DNA from: a bacterium
GTDB lineage: Bacteria > UBA8248 > JACPRG01 > G963555815
Length of the DNA: 64,000 nucleotides
Assembly (NCBI GenBank): GCA_963555815.3
Contig: CAUVWX020000001.1
Span: 640,001-704,000, forward strand
Direction of reading: 5' to 3'
This document shows, one piece after another, positions 9,153 to 19,202 of this stretch. The number at the start of each line of letters is the position of its first letter. Positions within the stretch are counted from its first letter, which is position 1. The notes under the pieces were generated by a model. It was not told the DNA's origin and ran no database searches. It saw nothing but the letters and a program-made list of their open reading frames with translations. The position numbers and the translations under genes are program-made.

Positions 9153-10832
9153 GTGGAAAAGCGGGCTATTCTGGCAGCTGTCGTCTCAATCGTCATCCTC
9201 ATTGGCTGGCAGTATCTCTTTTTCCGCCCCGCAGAGAGAGCGGCGGAAATAGAGGGACAAGGATCCCAGGAGAGGGTGGCGGAAGTCGAAAGGACACCCT
9301 CTCAGGCAGAAATTCCTCAGAGGAGACCAGCTCCTCCAAGGGGGGAGGGGGTCATTGCCGCATCCCCCTGGCCGGGACCGCTTGCCGAAGGGGGAGAGGA
9401 CATCACTATCGATACCGGTGTGGCCCGGATTGTCCTCACGACCCGCGGGGCCGCTATCAAGCAGGTTCATCTCCTCCATTACGCCGATGAGACGGGGGAA
9501 CCCGTCAAGCTCGTTGTCGCCCCGAATGGGGAGGCCCTCCCGCTCCTTCCTCTTCAGCTCCGATCCACTGACCCCTTCGCCCAGATGGCGAACGAGGGCC
9601 TCTATCAGGCGAGTCAAAAAAGATTAACCCTGAGTCCCGACGCCCCCCAGGGGGAGATCTCCATGACTCTTCAGGGGAATGGGGAGGGCTTTTTGCGCAA
9701 GACGCTCTCCTTCCAGTACGGTTCTTACGCGACGGATGTCCGGCTGGAGTGGGGCGGCGCGGTCATGCCCGAGGGGCTTTCGGTCCTCTGGGGGCCTGGC
9801 ATTGGGGGCGAGGTGAGCGACGGTCGGGCAGGCTACTACAGCACCCTTGGACCCGTCACGCTCCTAGGGGGGGCAGGGGGGGCGAGGCGGGTTGAGGACG
9901 ACTCAGAGGAACCCCAGTTCCTTCGCCACCGGGGGGACATCATGTGGACCTCCCTTCACAGCAAATACTTCATGGCAGCCCTCATCCCGAGGGATTCGGC
10001 AGAGGGGGCGCTGGTGGAGAAGACAGCCGATGGGACAACGGCCGTGGGGCTTGAGTTTCCGGGCGATAAAGGGGAGGCAAGTTTCTTCCTCTACGCGGGT
10101 CCTAAGGAGTACTCGCACCTGAAGACCTATGGCGCTTCTCTGGATCAGGCCGTTGACTTTGGCTTTTTCGGCTTCTTGGCGAAACCCCTCCTCCTGGGGC
10201 TGAACTTTCTTTTCAAGCTAACCGCCAGCTACGGCTGGTCCATCATTCTCTTGACCGTCTTCATCAAGCTCGTCTTTGCTCCCCTGACCCATAAGAGCAC
10301 GAAGTCGATGCAGCAGATGGCGAAGCTTCAGCCTAAGATGAAGTCCCTTCGCGAGATCTATAAGGGTGACAAACAGCGTTTGAACGAAGAGGTCATGAAG
10401 CTCTACCGGGAGCACAAGGTGAACCCTCTGGGTGGCTGCCTTCCCCTCCTTCTTCAGATCCCCGTCTTCTTTGCCCTCTACCGGGTTCTCCTGAGCTCCA
10501 TCGAGCTTCGACAGGCCCCCTTCCTGTGGATCAACGACCTGTCAGCCGCGGAGGCGACGACGATTCCTGTCTTCGTCATCGCCATGGGGGCTTCGATGTG
10601 GCTTCAGCAAAAAATGAGCCCGACCTCGATGGATCCCACCCAGGCCAAGATGATGATGTTCATGCCGATCCTCTTCACCTTCTTGTTCTGGAGTTTTCCC
10701 GTAGGCTTAGTCATCTATTGGTTAGCGAATAACCTCTTGAGCATCGGCCAGCAATACATGACGAACAAGATGACCTCGTCGCCAGCGGTAAGCGCAAAAG
10801 CTCCGTCAAAGCCCGCGAAGAGAGCCAAATAA
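9153..10832 (+). CDS. yidC: membrane protein insertase YidC
   Basis: YAGPKE, NPLGGCLPLLLQIPVFFALY, GLVIYW motifs. Confidence 0.97.
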   Translation: MEKRAILAAVVSIVILIGWQYLFFRPAERAAEIEGQGSQERVAEVERTPSQAEIPQRRPAPPRGEGVIAASPWPGPLAEGGEDITIDTGVARIVLTTRGAAIKQVHLLHYADETGEPVKLVVAPNGEALPLLPLQLRSTDPFAQMANEGLYQASQKRLTLSPDAPQGEISMTLQGNGEGFLRKTLSFQYGSYATDVRLEWGGAVMPEGLSVLWGPGIGGEVSDGRAGYYSTLGPVTLLGGAGGARRVEDDSEEPQFLRHRGDIMWTSLHSKYFMAALIPRDSAEGALVEKTADGTTAVGLEFPGDKGEASFFLYAGPKEYSHLKTYGASLDQAVDFGFFGFLAKPLLLGLNFLFKLTASYGWSIILLTVFIKLVFAPLTHKSTKSMQQMAKLQPKMKSLREIYKGDKQRLNEEVMKLYREHKVNPLGGCLPLLLQIPVFFALYRVLLSSIELRQAPFLWINDLSAAEATTIPVFVIAMGASMWLQQKMSPTSMDPTQAKMMMFMPILFTFLFWSFPVGLVIYWLANNLLSIGQQYMTNKMTSSPAVSAKAPSKPAKRAK

Positions 10833-10843
10833 AGGGGTGACTG

Positions 10844-11476
10844 ATGGGCAGCATCGAAGTAGAAGGGAAAAGCAAAGAAGAGGCTATGGCCAAGGCCCTT
10901 GGCCAGCTTGGCTTGGTGGAGCAAGAGGTTCACACCGAGGTCCTGGAGGAAGGGCGGAAGTTTCTTGGACTCATTGGGGGCCAATCTGTCCGGCTCAAGG
11001 TGTGGTTTGACGACGAGCTCCTCCGGCTGACCACTGCGAAGCAGACCCTGGAGGAGATCCTGGCAAAGATGGGCGTCCAGGCCCGGGTCGAAGGCACCCG
11101 CCGGGATGGCACCCTCTATTTGAATCTTCACAGCGAGAACAGCGGCCTCCTCATCGGACGCCACGGTGAGACCATTGACGCCCTTCAGTTCATCACCCAT
11201 AGGATTGTCAACCGGGCTTACTCTTCCAAAATCCGGGTGGTCGTGGACACGGAAGGCTACCGCTACCACCGCGAGGAAAGACTCCGCCAGATAGCAACCC
11301 GCCTCGCCGAGCAGGTAAAAACCTCTGGCGAGGCTGTACCGTGTGAGCCCATGACCCCTGATGAGCGGCGAATCATTCACCTCGCCCTCCAGGGGGATAA
11401 GGATGTCGAGACCTCCAGCACGGGAGAGGGCGCCCTGCGGCGTGTCGTGATATCCCGGACCCGCGAAGGGGCGTAA
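10844..11476 (+). CDS. jag: RNA-binding protein Jag/EloR (KH and R3H domains)
   Basis: LLIGRHGETIDALQ (KH), PMTPDERRIIHLAL (R3H). Confidence 0.93.
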   Translation: MGSIEVEGKSKEEAMAKALGQLGLVEQEVHTEVLEEGRKFLGLIGGQSVRLKVWFDDELLRLTTAKQTLEEILAKMGVQARVEGTRRDGTLYLNLHSENSGLLIGRHGETIDALQFITHRIVNRAYSSKIRVVVDTEGYRYHREERLRQIATRLAEQVKTSGEAVPCEPMTPDERRIIHLALQGDKDVETSSTGEGALRRVVISRTREGA

Positions 11477-11534
11477 CCCATCGGCGAAGCGTTTCACCCG
11501 ACATCCCCCACCCCCACCCCTGCCTGCTCCAACG

Positions 11535-12230
11535 GTGGCTAACATCCCGCCTTGGAGATTTAATCGCCGCCAGATCGCCACTGCCTTTGAGGAAAGGGGT
11601 GTTCTCCTAAGTTCAAAGCAGGAAGAGCAGTTCGCCACCTTCCTCGAAGGGATCTGTAGGTGGAATCAAAGCGTCAGGCTGACTGGCATTAGAAACCCAG
11701 AGGAGATCTTGAAAGCACTTCTTGTTGAGTCGGCTGAGTTTTTGAATCTCTGGGAGCCCCCTGCTTCGGGCAGAGCTGTGGACGTGGGCTCGGGCGCTGG
11801 CATTCCCGGACTTCCCTTGAAAATTCTGAGACCCCATCTTTTCCTGTCCGTCGTGGAGGCAAACGAGAGGAAGACGGCCTTTCTGAAGGAGCAGGTCCGC
11901 CAGCTCGGCCTTCATGGGGTGGAGGTTCTGTGCGCCCGGGCCGAGGACCTCTGCGAGTCCGAGGACCACCGGGGGCGCTACCACGCTGCTTTTTCCCGGG
12001 GGGTTGGCCCCCTTGGGAGGCTTCTTCCCTGGGTGTGGCCCTTTCTCGTCCAAGGGGGAATTTTCCTCTTAAGACAAGGAAAACAATATATTAAAGAGAC
12101 AGAGGACGCCCTTCGCCAGTGGGAAGGGCTTGGCGTGCAGGTGGCAGGCGAGAGGCCCATGGAAAAAGGCCGTCTCATTGCGCTTCAAAAGGGGGATGTT
12201 TCACGTGAAACCCCCCTGCGGGTAGGCTGA
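11535..12230 (+). CDS. rsmG: 16S rRNA m7G527 methyltransferase
   Basis: WNQSVRLTG, VDVGSGAGIPGLPL, ARAED; upstream of parA. Confidence 0.9.
   Translation: MANIPPWRFNRRQIATAFEERGVLLSSKQEEQFATFLEGICRWNQSVRLTGIRNPEEILKALLVESAEFLNLWEPPASGRAVDVGSGAGIPGLPLKILRPHLFLSVVEANERKTAFLKEQVRQLGLHGVEVLCARAEDLCESEDHRGRYHAAFSRGVGPLGRLLPWVWPFLVQGGIFLLRQGKQYIKETEDALRQWEGLGVQVAGERPMEKGRLIALQKGDVSRETPLRVG
12197..12212. promoter_or_regulatory. parS centromere site
   Basis: TGTTTCACGTGAAACC, 15/16 match to the parS palindrome TGTTTCACGTGAAACA; inside the rsmG 3' end just upstream of parA. Confidence 0.88.
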
Positions 12231-12234
12231 TCCA

Positions 12235-12999
12235 GTGGCAAAGATTATCGCAGTTGCCAACCAGAAGGGCGGGGTTGGAAAGACTACAACGGCAGTCAAT
12301 CTGTCTGCCGGCCTCGCCCTTGCGCAGCGGAGAACCCTCCTCATCGACATGGACCCTCAGGGTCACAGCACAAGCGGCCTTGGCCTCGTAGACCCGGGCC
12401 CTTCGGGGGGGGCCTATCCAGTCCTCATCGGCAAGATAGGGGCACAGGAGGTCACCCGGGGAACCTCTCTGCCTTTTCTTCAGGTTATCCCCTCGGGCGT
12501 GGACCTGATCGGGGTGGAGGTGGAATTGGTCAGCGTGGATAACAGAGAGGGACGCCTTAGGGCTGCGATCTCGTCCCTTGACGCCCAGTACGAGTTCATC
12601 CTCATCGACTGTCCCCCTTCCCTCGGCTTCCTCACTCTGAACGCCCTGCTGGCGGCTCACTCTATCCTCATCCCCCTCCAGTGCGAATATTACGCCCTGG
12701 AGGGTCTGAGCCAGCTCCTTCGGACAGTGAACTTGGTGAGGACCCGTTTCCACCACAGTTCGCTAAGGATTGAGGGGGTCCTCCTCACGATGTTCGACCC
12801 CAGGACGGCCCTCTCCCACCAAGTGGCCGCCGAGGTCAGGGCCCACTTTGACGGGAAGGTCTTTGAAAGCGTGATCCCTAGAAATGTCCGGCTGGGAGAA
12901 GCTCCCAGCCACGGGAAGCCCGCTGTCCTGTACGATAGCAAAGCGAGCGGGTCTATGGCCTACCTTCACCTCACAGAGGAGATCCTCGCCAATGGCTAG
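12235..12999 (+). CDS. parA: chromosome partitioning ATPase ParA/Soj
   Basis: NQKGGVGKTTT deviant Walker A, IDCPPSLG, IPRNVRLGEAPSHGKP. Confidence 0.97.
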   Translation: MAKIIAVANQKGGVGKTTTAVNLSAGLALAQRRTLLIDMDPQGHSTSGLGLVDPGPSGGAYPVLIGKIGAQEVTRGTSLPFLQVIPSGVDLIGVEVELVSVDNREGRLRAAISSLDAQYEFILIDCPPSLGFLTLNALLAAHSILIPLQCEYYALEGLSQLLRTVNLVRTRFHHSSLRIEGVLLTMFDPRTALSHQVAAEVRAHFDGKVFESVIPRNVRLGEAPSHGKPAVLYDSKASGSMAYLHLTEEILANG

Positions 13000-13825
13000 A
13001 AAAGCTCTTGGAAAAGGCCTTGGAGCGCTTCTCACAATGCCAGAACCATCTATTTTAGATGGCGTTGCAGAGATTCCGATGGAGGAAATCCGACCGGGGG
13101 CACACCAGCCGAGGCGAAAATTTAACGAAAAAGCGCTCCATGAGCTCGCCGCCTCCATCCGAGGACAAGGGCTCCTCCAGCCAGTCGTCGTCAGACCCCT
13201 TCCCGAGGGGGGCTATGAGCTTGTGGCCGGCGAGCGTCGCTGGAGAGCGGCCAGGCTGGCAAGCCTTCAAGCCATACCCGCGGTCGTCAGGGAAGCCAAT
13301 GATCAACAGGCCACCGAGCTCTCTCTCGTTGAAAACATCCAGCGGGAAGACTTGAACGCGATCGAACAGGCCGAGGCCTACCGAAGGCTCATGGATGAAT
13401 TTGGCCTCTCCCAGGAAGACGTGGCCGCACAGACGGGGAAGGACCGCACGACCATTTCAAACTTCCTAAGGCTCCTGAATCTCCCTAAGATCATCCAAGA
13501 AGAGGTCATGGAGGGCAGGCTGACTGCGGGCCACGCTCGGGCCCTCCTCACGCTCCCCTCCCAGAAAGCGCAACTGGATCTTTGCAAGAAGATAAAAGCC
13601 AAAGGTCTTTCGGTGAGGCAAGCAGAGACCCTTGCGAAACAGTCAGAAAGGAAGAGCCCCGCACCCAGGTCCAAGGACATCTTCCTTTCGGAGGCTGAGG
13701 AGGCGCTTAGAAGGCGGCTTGGGACAAAGGTGAGGATCCAGGGGAGTGCGAAAAGAGGCAAGATCGAGATCAACTATTTCACGGGAGAAGAGCTGGAGGG
13801 CCTGCTCTCTCTTTTGACAGAATAA
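12992..13825 (+). CDS. parB: chromosome partitioning protein ParB/Spo0J
   Basis: Start MARKALGKGLGALL at 12992; AGERRWRAA, ENIQREDLN. Confidence 0.97.
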   Translation: MARKALGKGLGALLTMPEPSILDGVAEIPMEEIRPGAHQPRRKFNEKALHELAASIRGQGLLQPVVVRPLPEGGYELVAGERRWRAARLASLQAIPAVVREANDQQATELSLVENIQREDLNAIEQAEAYRRLMDEFGLSQEDVAAQTGKDRTTISNFLRLLNLPKIIQEEVMEGRLTAGHARALLTLPSQKAQLDLCKKIKAKGLSVRQAETLAKQSERKSPAPRSKDIFLSEAEEALRRRLGTKVRIQGSAKRGKIEINYFTGEELEGLLSLLTE

Positions 13826-13831
13826 AAAAAG

Positions 13832-14860
13832 ATGGAGCCCGCTCGAAGAATGGAGAAAGAGAAGATCGCCGTCATCGGGGCTGGCGCGTGGGGGACGACG
13901 CTTGCCAACTATCTCGCCAAAAGGGACCACCCCGTCTCCCTCTGGGCCTATGAGCCCGAGGTCTGCGAGGCCATCCGAAGCCGGCGCGAGAACCCGCAAT
14001 TTCTACCGGGGGTCTCCCTTCACCCCGGCATCTCTCCGACCAATCGTCTCTCCGAGGCGGCCCAGGGCGCTTCTCTCATCCTCTCGGCGGTCCCTTCTCA
14101 GGTGGTGCGCTCCCTCTGGCAAACGCTCTCCGCTCACCTCGCGTCTTCCACTGACGCGGTCAGCGTCTCCAAGGGGCTTGAGACGAGCTCTCTACTGACA
14201 ATGACTCAGGTCATCCGCGAGGCCGTGCCGGACTCCGTCGCACTTCGTCTCGCCGCCCTCTCCGGGCCAACCTTCGCGAGCGAGGTCAGCCAGGGATACC
14301 CCACGGCGGCCGTCGTGGCCTCCAAGGAGCCCGGCCTCGCCCAAAAAGTACAAACGCTCCTGTCAGGTCCTTCCTTGCGCCTCTACACCCACGACGATGT
14401 CCTCGGGGTGGAGCTGGGAGGGGCGTTGAAGAACGTCATGGCCCTTGGAGCCGGGATTTCAGACGGGCTTGGCCTTGGCTATAATGCGCGGGCCGCCCTC
14501 ATCGTCCGCGGGATGGCCGAGATGGCCCGACTTGGGGAAGCCATGGGGGCATGCGCCCAGACCTTCGCAGGCCTGGCGGGATTCGGAGATCTGGTCCTCA
14601 CTTGCACGGGCGATGCCAGCCGAAACCGCACCCTGGGCCTTCGCATCGGCGGGGGAGAAAAACTAAAGGATATCCTTCAAGGGATGCGGACGGTTGCAGA
14701 AGGTGTCGAGGCATCCCGGGCGGCGCGCCAGCTGGGTGAGCGTTTCCATACAGAACTCCCCATTACGGAGAAGGTGTGTCAGATCCTCTTCGAGGGAAAA
14801 CCGGCGCGGAAGGCCATGGGAGAACTGATGGCGCGAGAGCTGAAGCCGGAGTTCGCCTGA
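13832..14860 (+). CDS. gpsA: NAD(P)H-dependent glycerol-3-phosphate dehydrogenase
   Basis: GAGAWGT, LSGPTFASEV, GVELGGALKNV, GDLVLTCTG. Confidence 0.96.
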   Translation: MEPARRMEKEKIAVIGAGAWGTTLANYLAKRDHPVSLWAYEPEVCEAIRSRRENPQFLPGVSLHPGISPTNRLSEAAQGASLILSAVPSQVVRSLWQTLSAHLASSTDAVSVSKGLETSSLLTMTQVIREAVPDSVALRLAALSGPTFASEVSQGYPTAAVVASKEPGLAQKVQTLLSGPSLRLYTHDDVLGVELGGALKNVMALGAGISDGLGLGYNARAALIVRGMAEMARLGEAMGACAQTFAGLAGFGDLVLTCTGDASRNRTLGLRIGGGEKLKDILQGMRTVAEGVEASRAARQLGERFHTELPITEKVCQILFEGKPARKAMGELMARELKPEFA

Positions 14861-14930
14861 CGGATTTTCTGAAGAGATTTTTCCGAGAGGAGAGAAGCAG
14901 GCGCCTTATGATTTTCTTTCCCGGATACAG

Positions 14931-15515
14931 TTGATGGATCTTGCCGGCCTCCTTCGCTTCGACGTCCAAATTTTCCACCTCGTCAATTCCGCCGCGTGGC
15001 CCGAATGGTTCTCTACGCTCCTCGCCGTTCTCGCGCGCTCAAGCCTCTGGACGGCGCCCATCGCCATTTCCTTCCTCCTCCTGGTCATCGTCGGGAAGAG
15101 CCGGGCGAGGCTTTATGTGGCCTCAGCCATCATCACGCTCGCCCTCATAGAGCTTGTCGTCTCGAGCGCCCTGAAACCCCTCATCGCAAGGCCAAGGCCC
15201 TGCAAGGTGCTTTCCGACGTCCGGCTGGTTGGAGGATGCACGAGCTCCTTCTCCATGCCCTCGGGCCACGCGGCGAATTCTTTCGGGCAGGCGGTTCTCC
15301 TCGGCCTCTTTTACCCGCCCTCCCTGGCCTTCTCCCTGCCTGTGGCAGGGCTTGTCTCCCTTTCTCGCGTATCTCAGGGAAAGCACTATCCATCCGACGT
15401 GACTGCGGGAGCGGTCATCGGAATTGCGGTCGCCTTCGGGGTCAGACGGGGTTTTCTCTTTCTATGGCAAAGTTTCTTGACATTCCGAGCCCGTCGTCGT
15501 CATCCTCCTGGCTGA
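14931..15515 (+). CDS. PAP2-family phosphatase
   Basis: KPLIARPRP, SMPSGHA, SRVSQGKHYPSD motifs. Confidence 0.9.
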   Translation: MMDLAGLLRFDVQIFHLVNSAAWPEWFSTLLAVLARSSLWTAPIAISFLLLVIVGKSRARLYVASAIITLALIELVVSSALKPLIARPRPCKVLSDVRLVGGCTSSFSMPSGHAANSFGQAVLLGLFYPPSLAFSLPVAGLVSLSRVSQGKHYPSDVTAGAVIGIAVAFGVRRGFLFLWQSFLTFRARRRHPPG

Positions 15516-15540
15516 CCCTTCCCTGTCGAGAGGGACGCTA

Positions 15541-16596
15541 GTGCGCCAAGATCTCGCCACAGGAGCCGACCCCACGAAAAGGACAATGGGTGCAGGGATG
15601 ACAAAAGACGCCGTTAAGGGATCAGAAAGCTCTGCCGGGGCGACCGGGGCCCTCGACCTTTCCGTCGTCATCCTTCTGTTCAACGAGGCGGAGAACATCC
15701 CCACCCTGCACGCCGATATCTCCCAAACCCTCTCCCCCCTTGGGGTGAGCTACGAGATCCTTTATGTGGACGACGGCAGCACCGACGGGACGCACGAGAT
15801 CCTGAAAGGCATCCGGGAAGGAGACTCTCACACTCTCTTCATCTCCTTTCGCCGAAATTTCGGGCAGACCGCAGCCCTCCAGGCGGGCTTTGATCACGCC
15901 CGGGGGGACATCATCATCACCATGGATGGAGACCTTCAGAACGACCCTCGGGACATCCCCGCGCTCTTGGAGAAAGCCCGCCACCACGATGTCGTGAGCG
16001 GCTGGCGCCGGACCCGAAAGGATCCCTTCTGGTCTCGCCGGCTCCCCTCTACCATCGCCAACCGGCTCATCTCCTGGATCACGGGGGTCAAGCTCCACGA
16101 CTACGGCTGCACCCTCAAGGCCTACCGCCGGGAGGTCATCGAGAACATCCATCTCCACGGGGACCTTCACCGCTTTGTCCCGGCCCTCGCCGCCTGGGTG
16201 GGAATCGATCTGGTAGAGATGGAGGTCCGTCACCACCCCCGCCGCTTTGGAAAATCGAAATATTCCATCTGGCGGACCTTCGGGGTGCTCCTGGACCTTC
16301 TCGTGGTCAAATTCTTCCTGAGCTTCTCGGCCTCTCCCATCCGCATCTTCGGCGGCATCGGGGCCGTCACCTTTATGGGGGGGTTCGGGATCTCCCTCTA
16401 TCTCACCTTCCTCAAGCTGGTCCTGGGTCAGCAAATCGGTGGAAGACCCCTTCTCCTCCTCGGGGCCCTCCTGCTCCTCGTAGGGGTCCAGCTCATCATG
16501 ATGGGCCTCCTGGGGGAGCTCGTCGCCCGGATCTACTATGAGAAAAAACCCCTCTATATCCTCAAGCACCGCCCTTCCGAAAAGACGGCGAAATAG
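15541..16596 (+). CDS. GT2 polyprenol-phosphate glycosyltransferase (ArnC/DPM-like); start may be 15598
   Basis: VDDGSTDGT, RRNFGQTAALQAG, MDGDLQNDP, two C-terminal TM helices. Confidence 0.9.
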   Translation: MRQDLATGADPTKRTMGAGMTKDAVKGSESSAGATGALDLSVVILLFNEAENIPTLHADISQTLSPLGVSYEILYVDDGSTDGTHEILKGIREGDSHTLFISFRRNFGQTAALQAGFDHARGDIIITMDGDLQNDPRDIPALLEKARHHDVVSGWRRTRKDPFWSRRLPSTIANRLISWITGVKLHDYGCTLKAYRREVIENIHLHGDLHRFVPALAAWVGIDLVEMEVRHHPRRFGKSKYSIWRTFGVLLDLLVVKFFLSFSASPIRIFGGIGAVTFMGGFGISLYLTFLKLVLGQQIGGRPLLLLGALLLLVGVQLIMMGLLGELVARIYYEKKPLYILKHRPSEKTAK

Positions 16597-16727
16597 AAAG
16601 GCCGTAGCCGGCCTCTCGTAAGGTTCTTCTTCGAAGACAGGGCCGAGATCTCCCGCTCCTCCGAGGTGGGATCGGTGTTAGGATCCCCGTATCTCTCAAT
16701 CTCTTACACCAGAATGAGGATGGCGCT

Positions 16728-17276
16728 ATGGCTGACCTGACCACGCTACTCGATCGCAACCGGAGCTTTGCTGAGCAGTTCTCGGCAGGAGACCTCAAGA
16801 TTCTGCCCCGTCTGTCAACGATCATCTTGACCTGCGTCGACGCCCGCGTCGATCCTGCACACCTCTTCGGGCTCGGACTCGGCGACGCAGTCGTCATACG
16901 TAACGCAGGCGGCAGGATCACCCTCGCAGTGATGAGAGATCTCGGCATTCTCAGCGTTCTGGGCGCCACCGCCAACCCGCCAGGAACCAGCCCTATGCAG
17001 CCGCAACTTGTCGTTATCCACCACACCGATTGCGGAATGTCTCGTCTCGCCAACCCGGCCATCCAGGGACAGGTGGCAAAACGGCTCGGCCTCAGTGTCG
17101 ACGAGGTGTCGGCAATGGCGATCAGCGACCCTGCCAAGTCTGTGCAAGACGACGTCGAACGACTCCGTCACACCCCCGGAACGCCAGACCAACTGGTCGT
17201 CTCCGGCTTCGTCTACGACGTAAGCAACGGGACGATCAAACAAGTTGTGCCACCGGCCCCACTCCGCGCCTCCTGA
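16728..17276 (+). CDS. beta-class carbonic anhydrase
   Basis: TCVDARVD, RNAGG, HHTDCG zinc-ligand motifs. Confidence 0.9.
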   Translation: MADLTTLLDRNRSFAEQFSAGDLKILPRLSTIILTCVDARVDPAHLFGLGLGDAVVIRNAGGRITLAVMRDLGILSVLGATANPPGTSPMQPQLVVIHHTDCGMSRLANPAIQGQVAKRLGLSVDEVSAMAISDPAKSVQDDVERLRHTPGTPDQLVVSGFVYDVSNGTIKQVVPPAPLRAS

Positions 17277-17390
17277 ACCCAAGGTTGAACCCGGATGGGA
17301 GCGCAGGAAAGACAAGAAACCTTGTCGCATGACGGCCGGCTATAAGAAGGAAGAGCTAGGGCTATGGCTAACGTTCCGCTAAAATCCTAG

Positions 17391-17546
17391 GTCCCAACGC
17401 ACCTGTTTCCATACCAGCAACGCTTTCACGGTCTCTTTCGAAAAAACGAAGTTGTGCTGCTGGAAGGAGCGGGACACTTTATTCAAGAAGATGCCGCAAG
17501 GGAAATCTGTAGCGCGATCCACAACTGGTTCCAAGGGACCGTCTAA
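17391..17546 (+). pseudogene. C-terminal remnant of an alpha/beta hydrolase (haloalkane dehalogenase-like)
   Basis: Manual translation ...EVVLLEGAGHFIQEDAAREICSAIHNWFQGTV*, preceded by an in-frame stop with no obvious start. Confidence 0.5.
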
Positions 17547-17571
17547 CACCCCAGAGAAAGCCAATCGGGTC

Positions 17572-18567
17572 TTGAAACCAAAAGTCCTGGTGACTCGGCT
17601 TTTGCCGGAACAGGCGATGCAGATGGTCACAAAGGCCCTCGACGCCGAGGTGAACCCACACGACCGGCCCATGAGCCGCCAAAAGCTTCTGCAGGGGCTC
17701 AAGGGCAAGGCGGGTGTTCTCTCCCTCCTGAATGATCGGATGGACGCCGAGGCCATGGACCGAGCCGGCCCCCAGCTCAAGGTCATCGCCAACTATGCCG
17801 TCGGGTTTGACAACATTCAAGTGACCGAGGCAACGCGCCGCGGGATCGTGGTGACCAACACCCCTGAGGTCTTGACGGAGACCACCGCCGACATGGCCTG
17901 GACGCTCGTCATGGCCGTCGCCCGAAGGATCGTCGAGGGAGACAAATTTCTCAGGAAAGGAAAACCCTGGGCTTGGGCGCCCCTCATGTTCCTTGGGCGG
18001 GACGTCCATGGAAAGACGCTCGGGATCTTAGGTCTTGGGCGAATCGGTCAGGCGGTGGCTCGAAGGGCCAAGGGGTTCAACATGCGGCTCATCTACTACA
18101 ACGCCATCCGCCAAAAACCCGGGGTGGAAAAAAAGCTGGGCGTCAAGTTCAAACCATTCAAGACGCTTCTTCGAGAGGCCGATTTCATCACCTGCCACAC
18201 CCCCCTACGGCCGGAGACGAGGCACCTCATCGACCAAAAGGCCCTTCGGATGATGAAAAAAAGCGCCTATCTCATCAACACGTCAAGGGGGCCTGTGGTG
18301 GACGAGAAGGCCCTGGCCGAAGCCCTGAAAAAAGGGGAGATTGCCGGGGCGGGAATTGATGTCTTTGAGAATGAGCCCAGGGTCGAGCCAAAACTTCTCA
18401 AGCTCGAAAACGTTGTCGTTTGTCCTCACATTGCCTCCGCCACCGTCGAGACGCGGACGGCCATGGGCACTTTGGCCGCAGAGAATTTGATCAATGTCCT
18501 TCGCGGGAAGACCCCCCTCACGCCCATCAATCCTGAGGTCCTCAAGAGGTCTCGCCCAAAACCTTGA
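17572..18567 (+). CDS. D-glycerate dehydrogenase/glyoxylate reductase (2-hydroxyacid dehydrogenase)
   Basis: Likely TTG start at 17572; AVGFDNI, GLGRIG, INTSRGPVVDE, PHIASAT. Confidence 0.92.
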   Translation: MKPKVLVTRLLPEQAMQMVTKALDAEVNPHDRPMSRQKLLQGLKGKAGVLSLLNDRMDAEAMDRAGPQLKVIANYAVGFDNIQVTEATRRGIVVTNTPEVLTETTADMAWTLVMAVARRIVEGDKFLRKGKPWAWAPLMFLGRDVHGKTLGILGLGRIGQAVARRAKGFNMRLIYYNAIRQKPGVEKKLGVKFKPFKTLLREADFITCHTPLRPETRHLIDQKALRMMKKSAYLINTSRGPVVDEKALAEALKKGEIAGAGIDVFENEPRVEPKLLKLENVVVCPHIASATVETRTAMGTLAAENLINVLRGKTPLTPINPEVLKRSRPKP

Positions 18568-19201
18568 GGATTTCCTTCCAAGGAACAGCCCCTTCGCGGA
18601 TGAGCTTTGGCTGATCCCCTCGGACATCCAGAACCGTCGAGGCCTTCGTGGTCTTGCAGGGGCCCCCATCCAGGATGAGATCGACCCCCTGTCCCAGGCT
18701 CTTTTCCACTTGATCGGCTGAGACCGGGTCGGGACCGCCCGACAAATTGGCGCTTGTGGCTGTCACGGGGTGGCCGAGCTCCGAGATGACAGATCGAGCC
18801 AGGGCCGAGTTCGGAAGTCTCAGGCTCACGCCTCCGTCGGAACCTTTCAGGTCTGGGGGGAGATCGTCTCGCCCGGTGACGACGATGCTGAGCGGGCCGG
18901 GCCAAAATTTTTGGATGAGGCGTCTCGCCAACGCCGAAAATTTTTGCGCGACAAGCTTCGCCATTCCCTCCTCGGAGATGAGAAGCCCCAGGGGTTTTTG
19001 GCTGGAACGACCCTTGAGGGCTACGGCGCGCGCAACGGCCTTGGCGTTCAGCCCGTCGGCCGCAAGGCCGTAGAGGGTGTCGGTCGGAAGGGCGACGAGG
19101 CCGCCTTCGGCGAGGACGCGAGCCGCCTGGTGGATGATTTCAGGAGAAGGGCGGTCGGGCTCTACGGCGACCCGAAGGGGCTTTTTGGGAGTCCCTTGCA
19201 A
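18542..19201 (-). CDS. tsaC: L-threonylcarbamoyladenylate synthase (TsaC/Sua5)
   Basis: PTDTLYGL, KGR, FWPGPL, TATSANLSG, ASTVLD. Confidence 0.93.
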   Translation of the reverse strand: MQGTPKKPLRVAVEPDRPSPEIIHQAARVLAEGGLVALPTDTLYGLAADGLNAKAVARAVALKGRSSQKPLGLLISEEGMAKLVAQKFSALARRLIQKFWPGPLSIVVTGRDDLPPDLKGSDGGVSLRLPNSALARSVISELGHPVTATSANLSGGPDPVSADQVEKSLGQGVDLILDGGPCKTTKASTVLDVRGDQPKLIREGAVPWKEILKVLGETS

Positions 19202-19202
19202 G

